64,000 nucleotides of DNA, taken from positions 12,214,001-12,278,000 of the forward strand of contig OZ024742.1 in NCBI GenBank assembly GCA_964016885.1, in the 5' to 3' direction. Source of the stretch: Eledone cirrhosa. Taxonomy: Eukaryota. A program made the position numbers and the translations under genes. Below the pieces are notes generated by a model. That model made no database searches. It was not told the origin of the DNA and was given only the letters and a program-made list of their open reading frames with translations. This document shows positions 25,821-38,600 of this stretch, piece by piece (within the stretch, counting starts at the first letter, position 1; each line of letters starts with the position of its first letter).

Positions 25821-26368
25821 CTTTATGTGGTAAATACTAAAATGATGTAATGAGATTATTTTACCTCAGCGATATTTTGTTCTGTTTAGATCAGGAGAGA
25901 AAAAACATGGATCTGGTCAAAGTACTTCAGCCGTCGTTTAGTATATCCAGTTCTATATTTTCTAAATTATAATTCTTTTTGTTAAAAAGGAGGAAAACTG
26001 CAATCATTAAGTAATTTTACTGCTATTCTTATTAATGATTATCAGGGGTCATTTAGCTCAATGCCAGAGGGCGTTCAGCCAGTATTTGAGACGTACACAA
26101 TTAAACCCACTGTATCAGCCGGCTGCTGGCCACTTTTTATGGCCTTGTGTTTAAATCAGAAATCATCTTTAGTTGAGATTCGAACGACCACATAGTTGAT
26201 CCACTCCCTGTAGCGTGTGTCGATTGTAAAAACTACGGAGGAAAAGAAATGATAATCAACACCGGAATTACGTGTTTGGTTCACTAAATATATATTCATA
26301 TTAAGATACGACTTTACAACCTTGATATCATTAGTACAATAAACACGTCATAATTTGACATAATTTAA

Positions 26369-26560
26369 AATAATTTTTTCTACTTTTGGCACAAGGCCAT
26401 CAATTAACCAGTACATTACTGGTACGTTATTTTATCGACCTCATAAGGATGAAAGGCAAAGTTAACCTCGGTGGGATTTGAACTCAGATCATAAAGGGAC
26501 GTAACTCTATGCTTCAAAGCATGGCGCCCGACCCTCTACCGATATTTCCAATCCACCGCT
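26369..26560 (-). mobile_element. tRNA-derived SINE, full length, with TSD TTTAAAATAAT
   Basis: Full head, core and tail; direct repeat on both flanks. Confidence 0.88.
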
Positions 26561-26582
26561 CTTTAAAATAATGAACTTACAG

Positions 26583-26812
26583 AAACTCAGGGGCAGTCGT
26601 TTTGAAGATATTAAAAATGTGAAGGAAGCCTTGACAAGGGTCTTGGATACCTTCACTTTGAAGGACTTCCGTGGGGCCTTCACGAAGTGGTTGGAGCACT
26701 ACAACGAGTGCATTGAAGTCAGAGGATCCTACTTTGAAAGAGATTAGAGTTTTGTACTTCGTTGAAATTAATAAATGTCTCTCCTGAATAAGTCTCAAAA
26801 CTTCCCGAATGC
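26583..26812 (+). mobile_element. Mariner transposase C-terminal fragment plus 3' end
   Basis: KLRGSRFEDIKNVKEALTRVLDTFTLKDFRGAFTKWLEHYNECIEVRGSYFERD* matches the mariner C-terminal pattern LxGxRF...WxxxxxxCIxxxGxYFE. Confidence 0.8.
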
Positions 26813-27233
26813 ATATTGTATGTGAAAACGATAGGATATGACGTAATAAAGAGTAAGGAAGCGATAGGAAAACATGTTACCAACACAATAGAATCATGTA
26901 AATACATTGAGCGTTTATTATCAGTTTATAAATAAAACTAACGATAAGGAAAAAAAACAGGTGTAACAGTAAGTGTATGTTTGTCAGATAAACTGTACAC
27001 ACTTGGTAGAGCAAATGTCATTTCGTTTCTTAAGAATTGAAGTAAAAGGAAAAAATGGTAGAAAACAAGAATAATAAATCTGAATAGAAGTTAAAATAAA
27101 ATTAGTGTGTAGTAAATTCGGCAGAAGATAACGTATTATAAATTAGATGCTATAATGTCGAAGAAGATTTCAGTTTTTCTTAAACAAATCAGATCAATTT
27201 TTGAAATAAAAAAACAAACATGCTGCATTCATG

Positions 27234-27352
27234 CTGTTGTTGTTGTTATTTATAGTAGTAGTAGTAGTAGTAGTAGTAGTGGGGGGTAGTAGTAGTAGTA
27301 ATAGTAGTAGTGCTAGTAGTAGTAGTAGTAGTAGTAGTAACAGCAGCACTAA

Positions 27353-27389
<37 letters not shown>

Positions 27390-27545
27390 CGTAGTAGCAG
27401 CAGCAGCAGTAGTAGTAGTAGTAGTAGTAGCAGAGCAGCAGTAGTAGTAGTAATAGTAGTAGTAGTAGTAGCAGCAGCAGTATCAGTAGTAGTAGTAGTA
27501 GTAGTGGTGTTGTGCTTGCTTTTGTTGTTGTTGTTGTTGATGGTT
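27234..27545. repeat. (TAG)n/(CAG)n/(TTG)n compound microsatellite
   Basis: Direct inspection. Confidence 0.95.
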
Positions 27546-27949
27546 GTGTAAATGTGATGCAAGTCTCCCCCCCCCCCCGCCTACATCAGGAGGAGTTTCT
27601 CCATGTCCGTGTAACATTACCTGCTCGTATTTGTGTTTGTTTCTATACACCCCTATTATTCGGGTACTGATCCTTATGAGGAAGTTAGAAGTGGTGATCA
27701 GTTGCAGAGAAAACGGAGCAACATGTCACATTTTCCGACGCTAGATGTCGCTATTAGTACAGCATAATAACCAGTCTTACAAATAACCTAGTGGCATAAG
27801 ATTTAGAATATAAATAAAGCAGCAAGGCCCCTTACGACACTAAGTATTTATTCATTGTGTTTATCCTTTGCTTTACAATGTCTCTACAAAGTGTAATTAC
27901 ACAACAAAATATTGTCTGAAATACTCTACTATATATTTGTTTCTACTCA

Positions 27950-28172
27950 GTATATTACTGGCACTTTATTTTATCAACCCCGTAATAATTGTTTCTACTT
28001 TTGGTACAAGGCCAGCAATATAACAGTGTATTACTGGTACGTTATTTTATCGACCCCGTAAGGACGAAAGGCAAAGTTAACCACGGCGGGAATTGAACCC
28101 ATAAAGGGACGTAACTCTTTGGTGGAAAGCATGGCGTCCGTCCCTCTACCGATACTGCCAATCCACCGCCCT
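27950..28172 (-). mobile_element. Full SINE (27984-28172) next to a SINE core fragment
   Basis: SINE head, core and tail motifs. Confidence 0.85.
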
Positions 28173-28262
28173 ATATAATGAGTGTAATCTACATTATATA
28201 TACCTGTACTAACACAATAAATATATATGTATGCATCCAAAACACATACACACACACACATA

Positions 28263-28305
<43 letters not shown>

Positions 28306-28725
28306 TATATATTATATCCACATATATATTCGTGAGCGGGTGTATATCTATATATATCTTCCTGGTCATTTCTCCCGAATGAAACAGTTCTAGTCCTGTA
28401 GAAGCCTTTCTATATTAAACATTTATGATCTGCTTTGTATTGAGTACCTTACTTACTGTGGTTACCCCCGATTGAACCCGGAATAAACTTATATATATAT
28501 AAAGATATACACACAAATGCTCACAGAACACATGAAAAATCATTTGTAATAACTAATATTTAATATTTGCTAAGATTGTTATACGAATGGAAACCGGTTA
28601 TATTTAATGAACAATCATAAAATTATTCATTTTGTCGGATTAAAGAAAAAAATAAGCTTTAAATATACTTCTGTGCTTTTTCACCCTCGTGTGTTTACTA
28701 TATATATATATGGGGAGGGGGGTGC

Positions 28726-28780
<55 letters not shown>

Positions 28781-28945
28781 CATATATATGTGTGTGTGTG
28801 CGTGTGTGTTCATATATATATGGGGGGGGTCTCTGTGTGTGTGTGTATTAAACATTTTGCATTCTAAACATACAAAAACATGCATAGTAGCAGAATCTCT
28901 ACCACTCACAAATACACGCATACATATATATATATACATACATAC

Positions 28946-29290
28946 ATGGAGGCTGCCAACTCGTTTTCGAGTACGGCCACTACTTTATATCCATGTAGGA
29001 GAACCCTTCCGATGCGCTGAACAAGTGTGAATTTTTAGTCCAGCCAGCGTATTGAAAACTCTGGTACAAATACTACACTTGTAACAATTATTGACACATA
29101 GTGCTGGGCCCATGGTACCATGTGACGACAAGTGCAGAGAGATCTCCAGATATAAAGCAATGCCTGTGCCGTGAAGCTTTTATAGTGAGCAAAGGCACTG
29201 CACAAAGCCAGTCCCACTCTCTTGACCAAGATGATATTTACCAAAAAGAAGAACAAGTCAACATCATTGGATACCATCAGGGTTGCAGGT
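28946..29290 (-). mobile_element. Probable RTE-clade LINE 3' end with C2H2 finger and terminal stem-loop
   Basis: The - strand reads CYKCSICTRVFNTLAGLKIHTCSAHRKGSPTWI*, then a CTCGAAAACGAG hairpin and (ATGT)n tail. Flanked by (CATA)n. Confidence 0.55.
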
Positions 29291-30097
29291 GTTATATCAT
29301 ACATACATACATACATACATACATACACATGATGTAAATAATGCAATTACAATGAAGCGAAGAATGAGATAAAGAAATTTTGATAAAAAGAAAGAAGGAC
29401 GGAAAGAAATTGAGGTTTGAAAATATCTTTGGTGAAGGTGGTGGTGGTGGTGAGGACGTGGTGTGGGAGGAGGTCATGGGATGGGGAGGGGTCTGATGGG
29501 TGTGTGGGTGGGTGTGGGGTGAGACCGTGGTGGTGGGGGTTGAGGTAGGGGGGTGACAGTACATGGCATAAGTGAGGGTGTGGGGGTGTGGGCGAGTGCC
29601 TGAAGGAGGGTGTGAGGGAAGGCGTGGGCTCACATGGGCATGGCGTGGGTGAGATAGTGGGGGAGAGCGTGGGGTGGGGAGTCACATGGGGAAGGGCATA
29701 CGAGAGGACGCGATGGTGCACCTGAATGCAGCGACTGTCAAAAGGTTCTATATATATGTTCCGATAAGGATAATATGCAGATAATTTAACAAAGAAATTG
29801 GTTAAAGATACAAAAGAATTCAATAAAGAAGGGAACAGTGATATCAACCTTGGTGAAAAGCCGACGATACTGAAATATCAAATCATTGCTACAACAGGAG
29901 AGACAGATTTGATTTTTACATTTTTAATCCCTTGTATTAGATTTACTTTCATTGGGTTTATGTTCGTAAATACGTTCTGTATTCATTTTTGTGCATTTGA
30001 TTTCTCATACTTCCCTTTATACTGGTCCACATACAGATATTCTTACCTTTGTACATACATACATATATAAATGTATTCAATTATACACATAAACATA

Positions 30098-30127
<30 letters not shown>

Positions 30128-30133
<6 letters not shown>

Positions 30134-30330
30134 TGACAGATTAAAGTTTAAGCAAAGAATCGCTGCTTTCACCCTTAACGGGAGTTTCAGAAGATCCCGT
30201 TAAGGTTGAAAGCAGCAATTCTTTGCTTAAACTTTAATCTGTTATTTTAATAAATATTTGCTCTATGGTTTTTATCCTTGTCGAGCCCTCTTTGGATTTT
30301 AGTCTTCACGTTTAATATTATTACTATATA
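30128..30330. repeat. Solo foldback of the P1/P2 pLTR in (TA)n
   Basis: Inverted plus direct copy of ..CCCGTTAAGG.TGAAAGCAGC.ATTCTTTGCTTAAACTTTAATCTGTTATTTTAA. Confidence 0.85.
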
Positions 30331-30396
30331 TATACATATATATATATATATATGCATGTATATGTGCTAGGTCGGTCGACAATTATTTTGGAAGAT

Positions 30397-30613
30397 AATA
30401 ATGGTTTCTTATATAGGCATAAGGCCAACAATTTGGGGGCGGGAGTCGATTAAATCGACCACAGTGCGTGACTGGTACTTTATTTTATCGACCCCGTAAG
30501 GATGAAAGGCAAAGTTAGCCTCGGCGGGATTTGAACTCAGATCATAAGCCGTAACTCTATGCTTGCAAAGCATTGCGTCCGACCCTCTACCGATACTGCC
30601 AATCTACCGCCCT
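30397..30613 (-). mobile_element. tRNA-derived SINE with a 19-bp TSD
   Basis: TATTT[T/C]GGAAGATAATAAT at 30384-30402 and 30613-30631. Confidence 0.9.
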
Positions 30614-30725
30614 ATTTCGGAAGATAATAATACCACTTCTACATACATATAAGAAATATAACTCTTTTGTAAAAGAGACTAACATTTAAATGCTACAAAA
30701 AACATCACTGCTTCCTCGTTTCTAG

Positions 30726-30748
30726 GTTTTCTTGGAGTTCAAACCAAG
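30726..30748 (+). other. Candidate 23-nt host microexon
   Basis: Branch-like GACTAAC (30677), CTTCCTCGTTTCTAG acceptor and AAG|GTGAGT donor, in non-repetitive DNA. Confidence 0.3.
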
Positions 30749-31074
30749 GTGAGTTTCAAAGTTAAAAATTAAACATGTTTATCATTGCTAAAAAGAAAAT
30801 AAACCTGATTATGAAAAGCTAAAAAATTAACACTTGTAAATAAGGTTAAAGCTTTTTTCGGGCATTGCATTTCTGTTTCGACAAATCTTGCATTTTACAT
30901 CATTATTTGTTGCACAAACAACACATATAGAGCCATACTGTAATACCAGGAACAACATCCAATGATCACAAATTACTAAAGTACATTCTCTCTGCCTCTC
31001 TGCTCAGAAAAAATAGTTAAAATAACTTACAAAAATATCTAAATAAATACTTTTATTAGTATTATAAAAGAGTA

Positions 31075-31372
31075 GATAATTGTTTCTACTTTTGGCACAA
31101 GGCCAGCCATCACCAGTGTATTACTGGTACTTTATTTTATCGATCCCGTAATGATGAAAGACAAAGTTAACCTCGGCGGGATTTGAACTCAGATCGTAAA
31201 GGGACGTAACTACGCTGGAAAGCATATCTGACCCTATAAAAGAGTAGATAATGGCATCTGGTATAGGCAAGAGGCAAAAATATTTAGGAAGGATGAAATT
31301 GATTAAATCGAACCCAGAGCGTTACTGGTAGTATATTTTATCAACCCCATAAGGATGGAAGGCACATTTCAA
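31075..31372 (-). mobile_element. SINE with an 18-bp TSD followed by an older SINE fragment
   Basis: TATAAAAGAGTAGATAAT at 31063-31080 and 31235-31252. Confidence 0.85.
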
Positions 31373-31379
31373 CTCTTCT

Positions 31380-31503
31380 TATTAATAACTGCATTGTTTC
31401 TTTCCAGAGACTCTGCTGAGAAATAAACCACATTTGGTCATTCCATGTGAGTATCTTGGTCAGCCTATGGACTTTTCAGCCTACCTTCTTACACAGACAC
31501 GCG

Positions 31504-31596
<93 letters not shown>

Positions 31597-31815
31597 GCAC
31601 ACATATATATATGTATTATACGAAGAGGACTGAGAAATTCATAGGCTGACTAGAAAGGAGTGGTGCTTAGAGCTGTGCAATCTTGCATGCATTAATTTTA
31701 ACTTTTTTTTATTAATAATTAACTGTCTTGTTTCATTCCAGGGATTATGTTAAGAAATAAGCCTCATTTGGCCATTCCATGAGAGTATCTTGTTCAGCAT
31801 ATGAACTTCTCAGCG
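31380..31815. repeat. Diverged ~100-bp direct repeats with an inverted end; mariner/MITE-like remnants
   Basis: ..CATTCCATG.GAGTATCTTG.TCAGC.TATG.ACTT.TCAGC occurs twice; inverted CTGAGAAATTCATAGGCTGAC at ~31630. Confidence 0.45.
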
Positions 31816-32105
31816 GGCCCTGGAATTTACAGTCAGATTGACAACGTATCTTGCCAACATGTCCTCACTTACTCTAACACTAAAACATGATACGCTCTCA
31901 CTGACAATACACTTTGTATGTTTACACTATATATTCACATCTTGAATAAATGATGGAATGATTTAATGCATAATTCATTTAATTATTCGCAATATCTCCC
32001 CATCGCTGCCCTCTCTCTCGCTATCTATATGTATGCATAGAGAAATATATATATATGTGTGGATATATATATAGAGAGAGACCAATAAATATATATATAT
32101 GTGTG

Positions 32106-32170
<65 letters not shown>

Positions 32171-32190
32171 CTCTTTCTCTCTCTCTCTTT

Positions 32191-32247
<57 letters not shown>

Positions 32248-32255
32248 TCTCTCTT

Positions 32256-32286
<31 letters not shown>

Positions 32287-32358
32287 GCGTGTGTGTGTGT
32301 GTGTGTGTGTATTGCTTTATTCTGCATACAATAGTGTCGATTGTTTAACTTATATCTT

Positions 32359-32436
<78 letters not shown>

Positions 32437-32437
32437 A

Positions 32438-32534
<97 letters not shown>

Positions 32535-32542
32535 CATATATA

Positions 32543-33430
32543 TGGTAAAATATATGAAAACAAAAAATGGAAAAATATTCCCAAATGCAAATATGAACTG
32601 CAAAAGCAGAAATCTAATTTATTGCATTAAATGCCCGAATTGTGAAGAACTATATGTCGGTAAAACAGGAAATGCACTATCGGAACCTGCACGGGTACAC
32701 CGACAGCAAATCAGAGACCCAAATGTCCGTCAGATACCCCTAAGTAACCATCTTGCAACATGTGGTCAGGGAATATTTATAATATTCCCATTCTACAAAT
32801 TACACAGCCCAAGTGAAATCAAGAGAAAAATCAAAGAAAAGAATTTTATTGATAAATTCAAACCCAAGCTAAATGAACAATAATTATGGGGTATTACTCC
32901 TACTATGACTATGACTACGACCATGTCGACTAAGACCACTAACAACAACAACAACAATAATAATAATAATAAAAGTGATGTTGATGGTGATGATTACTAG
33001 AAAATGCTATTTTCATCATTTCTAAAAATATCAAAACAATTGATGCTTTGGGATAGGATCAATTAGTAGTCGTTAGACATGCTCAACCAACCGCGACGCC
33101 TAAACCAATCAGCTTTAGTAATCCAATGAAACTACACACCGATTGGTCGAAATACAGTTTGCAAGATTTAGCATTCTGGAGCCACTTTTCACTGTATATA
33201 AGGCACAAAATTTACCCATCTCATTACAGTTGAAAATTGCAAACTTGACTGTCACCACACAATATAAACCTGAAGATTGCGAAAGCATGAAAGTAGTTGT
33301 TCAATTAACACTTAACATTTAATATTCTACCATATTATTTCATTTTAATACCATTATAAATTTTAAAGGATTGTAAATAAAACGAGTAAATCAGAAAAAG
33401 CTGGAATTCCTTTTATTAATATAATCTTCT
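32543..33430 (+). mobile_element. 5'-truncated PLE of a different family: GIY-YIG end, 3'UTR and pLTR hammerhead
   Basis: [43 protein letters not shown] (to 32883); inserted in (TA)n. Confidence 0.8.
33265..33303 (+). ncRNA. Minimal hammerhead motif with a stem III mismatch
   Basis: AAC CTGAAGA T-TGC-GAAA-GCA-T GAAA G TA GTT GTT. G stands where C (ACTAGT palindrome) is expected. Confidence 0.55.
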
Positions 33431-33982
33431 ATACACAATCATACACACCCGTGTATATTTATCTATCTATAGATATATATATATGTGTGTGTGTGTATGT
33501 GTATATATAAGTCTCTCTCTTTCACCCTCTCTCTCTCTGTCTTTATTACTGTCACAGAAACAAAACATCAAAGAAGAAGAAGAAGACTACATTGGCAGCT
33601 AATATCTTTAGAAAAATCATGGCGTATAATACCAAGTCATACTCAATTGACAGGTGACAGTTGTAAATTTATGTATATATGAATGGGTGTATATATGTAT
33701 GTATATATGTTTCTATGAGTATATGTATGCATTCATATATGTTTGTACGTATACATATGTGTGTGTGTGTATATATATATATGTGGGATGGAGGTGTATA
33801 TATATATATATTTATATATAATATATATATAAATATGTATGTATATGCATGTATATATGCATATGTATGCATGTATATATATATATATACATATGTATGC
33901 ATGTATATATATATATACATATGTACGCATGTTATATTTATATATATATATATCTGACTCACACTCAGGCACTTACATATAT

Positions 33983-34071
<89 letters not shown>

Positions 34072-34569
34072 CATATATTGTCATATATGTAAGTGCCTGA
34101 GTGTGAGTCAGCTATAGATAGAGAGAGAGAGTGTGTGTGTGTGTGTGTGTGTATGTATGTGTGTGTGTTTATAGAGTGTGAGTGTATCTATGTGGTAAAT
34201 ACTTAAAATGCAATAATGGTCGGCATATTTATACATATGATTACTAAACTCCAACCATTTCGAGACAAACGCCTCGCTGACCTCTAGTCGTAAGATGTCA
34301 ACACAAAAGCTATGTCAAGAAACATATTGGAAGCTAGACTAAAGCGTTTCTCTTGAAATATTCCCTCCGTTACGAACATCTTAACTGATATTCATTAAGT
34401 TCCCCTGTGACGAAATGCCATCTTCACACATTCTTCCTAATTGATTTCTTTACTCAGCTTCCGGCAAGTTTAGCATTGAAATATTTAGACAGCTGTTTTA
34501 TTCATGAGTTGTGCAATATAAATTGATAGAATCCGATTTGATTTGGTTTTCCTATTACTTGTTTTAGTT

Positions 34570-34958
34570 CTACTACACCGTATACATACATGGTATATAA
34601 ACATACAGGCGTATAAGGTTTTACAACTACCACACCGTATATATACATGGTATATAAACATACAGACGTATAAGGTTTTACAACTACCACAACGTATACA
34701 TACATGGTATATAAACATACACACACGTATAAGGTTTTACAACTAGTACGCCGTATACATATATTGTATATAAACATACAGACGTATAAGGTTTTACAAC
34801 TACCACACCGTATACATACATGGTATATAAACATACAGACGTATAAGGTTTTACAACTACCACACCGTATACATACATGGTATATAAACATACACACACG
34901 TATAAGGTTTTACAACTACTACGTCGTATACATATATTGTATATAAACATACAGACGT
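34570..34958. repeat. 57/59-bp minisatellite, about 7 units, with a 173-bp higher-order period
   Basis: CGTATAAGGTTTTACAAC starts at 34610, 34667, 34726, 34783, 34840 and 34899. Confidence 0.9.
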
Positions 34959-35143
34959 AAGTGCCTCACCATATACATACATGACATTTAAACCATACAT
35001 GTACGTATGTAGGTACGTAGAGACGAGCCTGTACACACATTAACACACGACAGAGACAAGTGTAGATAGAAAGATAGATAGATAAAGAGAGATAGGTAGA
35101 TAGATAGATAGATAGATAAATAGATAATAGATAGATAGATAGA

Positions 35144-35612
35144 TGTGTCTCTTTATTAGCCACAGGGGCACACAAGAAGGGGACAAATACAAAGGGGGAA
35201 GTTTACATACAATAAAACGTGTCAAATATCACAAATGTAATTTAAAAATTAGTCGATTTTCCCCAATAGGGGGAGACATTACTAATGGGTAACACATACC
35301 CCCGAAAAAAATATTCAACCCTCATCTCCAGGAGTACGAAGAGTTTGTACTCTTTCCTCTCCTCCTCCTTTTCCTCAACCTACAGTCTGATATAGAGAGA
35401 AGGCCCATTCACTCGGGCCGTTCTCGCCACTTTCACCCACCTTTCATAAAACTTGCTGGGGTACAGCACCTCTCTCCCCATCCTGATTCTTCTTCCAAAG
35501 TGGTATTTGAAAAAAAGAATCAGTTGTTGGCCGGAGAGAAAGGTGTCTGACCTCAGCCCTTTCAACCTTGTCCACCATACAACCTCTTTCGCCATAGCTA
35601 TCACACAAAGAA
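35144..35612 (-). mobile_element. Tx1 LINE 3' fragment (copy E) in (GATA)n
   Basis: LCVIAMAKEVVWWTRLKG..WVKVARTARVNGPSLYIRL*; tail GCCCCTGTGGCTAATAAAGAGACAC. Confidence 0.9.
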
Positions 35613-35639
35613 GATAGATAGATATATAGCTAGATAGAT

Positions 35640-38600
35640 ATGTTTCTTTTATTTGCCACAAGGGCATCAAAAGTGGGACAAGTACAATGGGGGGAGTTTA
35701 CAAAACAAGGCGTCCTCAATAGGGAGGAGGCAATAACAATATATAAAAATAAAATAAATATAACAAAAAATAGAATTATAACAAAATCCTCAATAGAGGA
35801 TTTTGTTATAAAATATAATAAAAAAATAAAATTTATAACAAAATCCTCAATAGAGAGGAGGCGCCTTGGGGGGTCGCACACACCCCCGAAAAAAGTGTGC
35901 AACCCTTTTCCTCAGGAGCACAGAGAGGGGGTGCTCCCTCGTTCCTTCCTCTTTTCCACCTACAGGCTTATGTAAAGAGAAGGCCCATTCACACGGGCCA
36001 TTCTCGCCACTTTCACCCACCTTTCATAAAAACGGCTGGGGTACAGCACCTCTCTCTCCATCCTAATCCTTCTTCCGAAATGATATCGGAAGAAACGGAC
36101 CAGTTGTTGGCCAGAGAGAAAGGTGCCTGACCTCAGTCCTTTCAGACGCGTCCACCATACAACCTCTTTCGCCATGGCTATTACGCACAGGAACGACGCC
36201 TCTGCTTCATCTTTGAAGGGGGGAGGCGGATTGATCATTACAATAGACTCGGTGGTCAACCGGATCGGTCCCACCCTTGACAGCAGTTGTTCGACATAGC
36301 CCCACAGATCGGCTACGCCCGAGCAGTGTACCAATGCGTGTGCAACGGTTTCCTCGTCGCACACGCATCTGGGACAGATCTTTTTGGCGGGGTCCCTACC
36401 CGGGCGCCCGTGTCTGTAGAGCCTTTCTCGAACGGGTAAAGCTCCTCGGTAGCACTGCCAGGCCAGGGACTTCTGGAAGTTGTCCATAGGTCCCGGGCTG
36501 AATGTCCTACCGAACAAGCCGGCCAGTTCGTCCTCCTCCATGTCTAGGGCTTCTCCGAGGGCGTCGTCGCACCTGCTGCGTACCAGCCCTCTATAGAATG
36601 TTGCGGTGGAGTCTCCACTGATAACCGGATCCGCCTGCCAGAGGGCGGTGAGCGCCTGGGCACACTCAGTGTGCCAGGCGCCCAGTTTTCTCGGTCTTTG
36701 CTTGACCCAGGATTGCAGCTCGGTGAGTGAGACGAGTCTGGGAAAGGTTCGTCTCACAAACGAGGCCCACACCGGTTGTCCGGTGAGGAATACGTAGAGG
36801 TGCCGTAGCCTTAATGCGTTTTTACGCATCATTAGCCACGGCAACCCCAGCCCTCCTTTCGAAGGGTGTTGACAGCAGATGGATCTCCTCACCATAGGAG
36901 CCCGCCTCTTCCAAAGGAATTGGAAGAGCGCGCGCTCCATCTTGGTGAGGGTTTCCCTTGGGCAGGGCACTACGGTCAGGCGGTAGTAGATGACGGACGC
37001 TATGTAGGTGTTCGCCACCTCCGCCCGACCTTTCAGGGATAGTTTGCAACTGGCCGACTTCTGGGTCAGTGCAAACACCCTGTTCGTAACCTCCGCCCAG
37101 TTTTTCTCCACCTGGAGGTCCGGTCCGAAACAGACCCCGAGCAACTTCACCGGGCCCTCCGTCCAGCGTCCGACGACGCCATCGGAGGGCATCGGTCTGC
37201 CCCTCCACGTGCCGAGTTGCAAACCGATCGACTTGTCCCGGTTCAGCTTAGCCCTTGTGAACTGTTCGTACTCCTCCAGTAAGGTGCCGACCGCCTCGAT
37301 TTCGGAGGCCGTCGACACCATTACTGTCACGTCATCGGCGTAGGCCGACACCGCTTTCCGCAATCCCGGTTCCAAAGGGATGCCCTGCAACAACTCCAAC
37401 TTCCGCAGTAGTTGCTCGAGAGTCAACACATACAGAAGGGAGGAGAGAGGGCACCCTTGTCGGATGGACCGCGCGATTTTGAACGGCTCCGAGAGGTAGC
37501 CGTTCACCTTGACCCTAGAGCAGATGCGGCTGCTGTGCATAGCAGTGATCCAGCCCCTGAAAACGGGTCCGAAGCCTGCCGCCGCTAGCACCGCATCCAG
37601 GTAACCATGGTCGACCCTATCGAACGCCTTAGATTGATCCAAGTTGATCAGAGCCCCACCAAAGCCGGGTTCGTTCCCAACCCTCTCTATGATGTATCGC
37701 ATAAGGTGGAGGTTGTCATGGATGGACCTGGACGGGATAGCGCATGTCTGCGCATCTCCCACCAGGTTGCCCACGACAAGCGCCAACCTCTTTGCTAGCA
37801 CCTTGACCAAAATCTGTAACTCTGTATTTAGCAGAGTTATGGGCCTGAAGTTACTTATTTCGTCCCCCTTGTTCTCGTCCTTCCTCACTAGCGTGACTAC
37901 GCCCTTGGTCACAGTACAGGGAATTCTCCCGTTCTGTTGCCAGTTGCAGTAGACCGCCTCGAGGAGATCGGGGAACAAGTCCGGCATAGCTAGATATAAT
38001 TCGTAAGGAAGACCATCGAGACCCGGGGATTTGCGTTTGCCGCATTGGCTCAGCACGTCCTCTATCTCAGCGGCCGAAATCGGCTCCTCGCAGGACTTCG
38101 CCTCCCTGTCCGAGAGGCGCGGCAGGCCGTCGAGGTATGGACCGAAGTCCACGTTCTCAACCGGCTCCCCGCCCCTCCCGAACAGTCGGGCAAAGTGCCT
38201 TTGAAAGGCCTCACACATCTGCTTAGGCTCAAGAATCGCCCGTCCATCCAGGTCTCGCAAAGACCGGATGGTGGATTTAGTTCCACTGTTGGCCCCTGTC
38301 ACGCGGGCCCAGCTAACAGCTTTGGTCCCCTCGTTCCCTAGAGCACGTATTTTACTTCGGACAACGCAGCCTTCGTGCTTCGCGTCGAAAAACTGGCTCA
38401 AAGCCGTTCTCGACGCTAGCACTCTGGCCACGTCGCCGCTTCTAATTGCCTCTTCTACTCTATCTATTAGCTCCCTTTCCTTCCTATTCCTATCCGCAGC
38501 TAGAACCTTACTAAATTCTATCGAGACTACTCTAATCTCTCTCTTTAGAGATACCCACCACCTGCTGTTGACGATCGCTCCAGTCAACCGTTCCTTAACT

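Noticed and set aside
28985-29100. Host C2H2 zinc-finger gene exon
   Set aside because: It is a single finger with no TGEKP linker, followed by a stop, hairpin and short-repeat tail, which fits an RTE LINE 3' end better.
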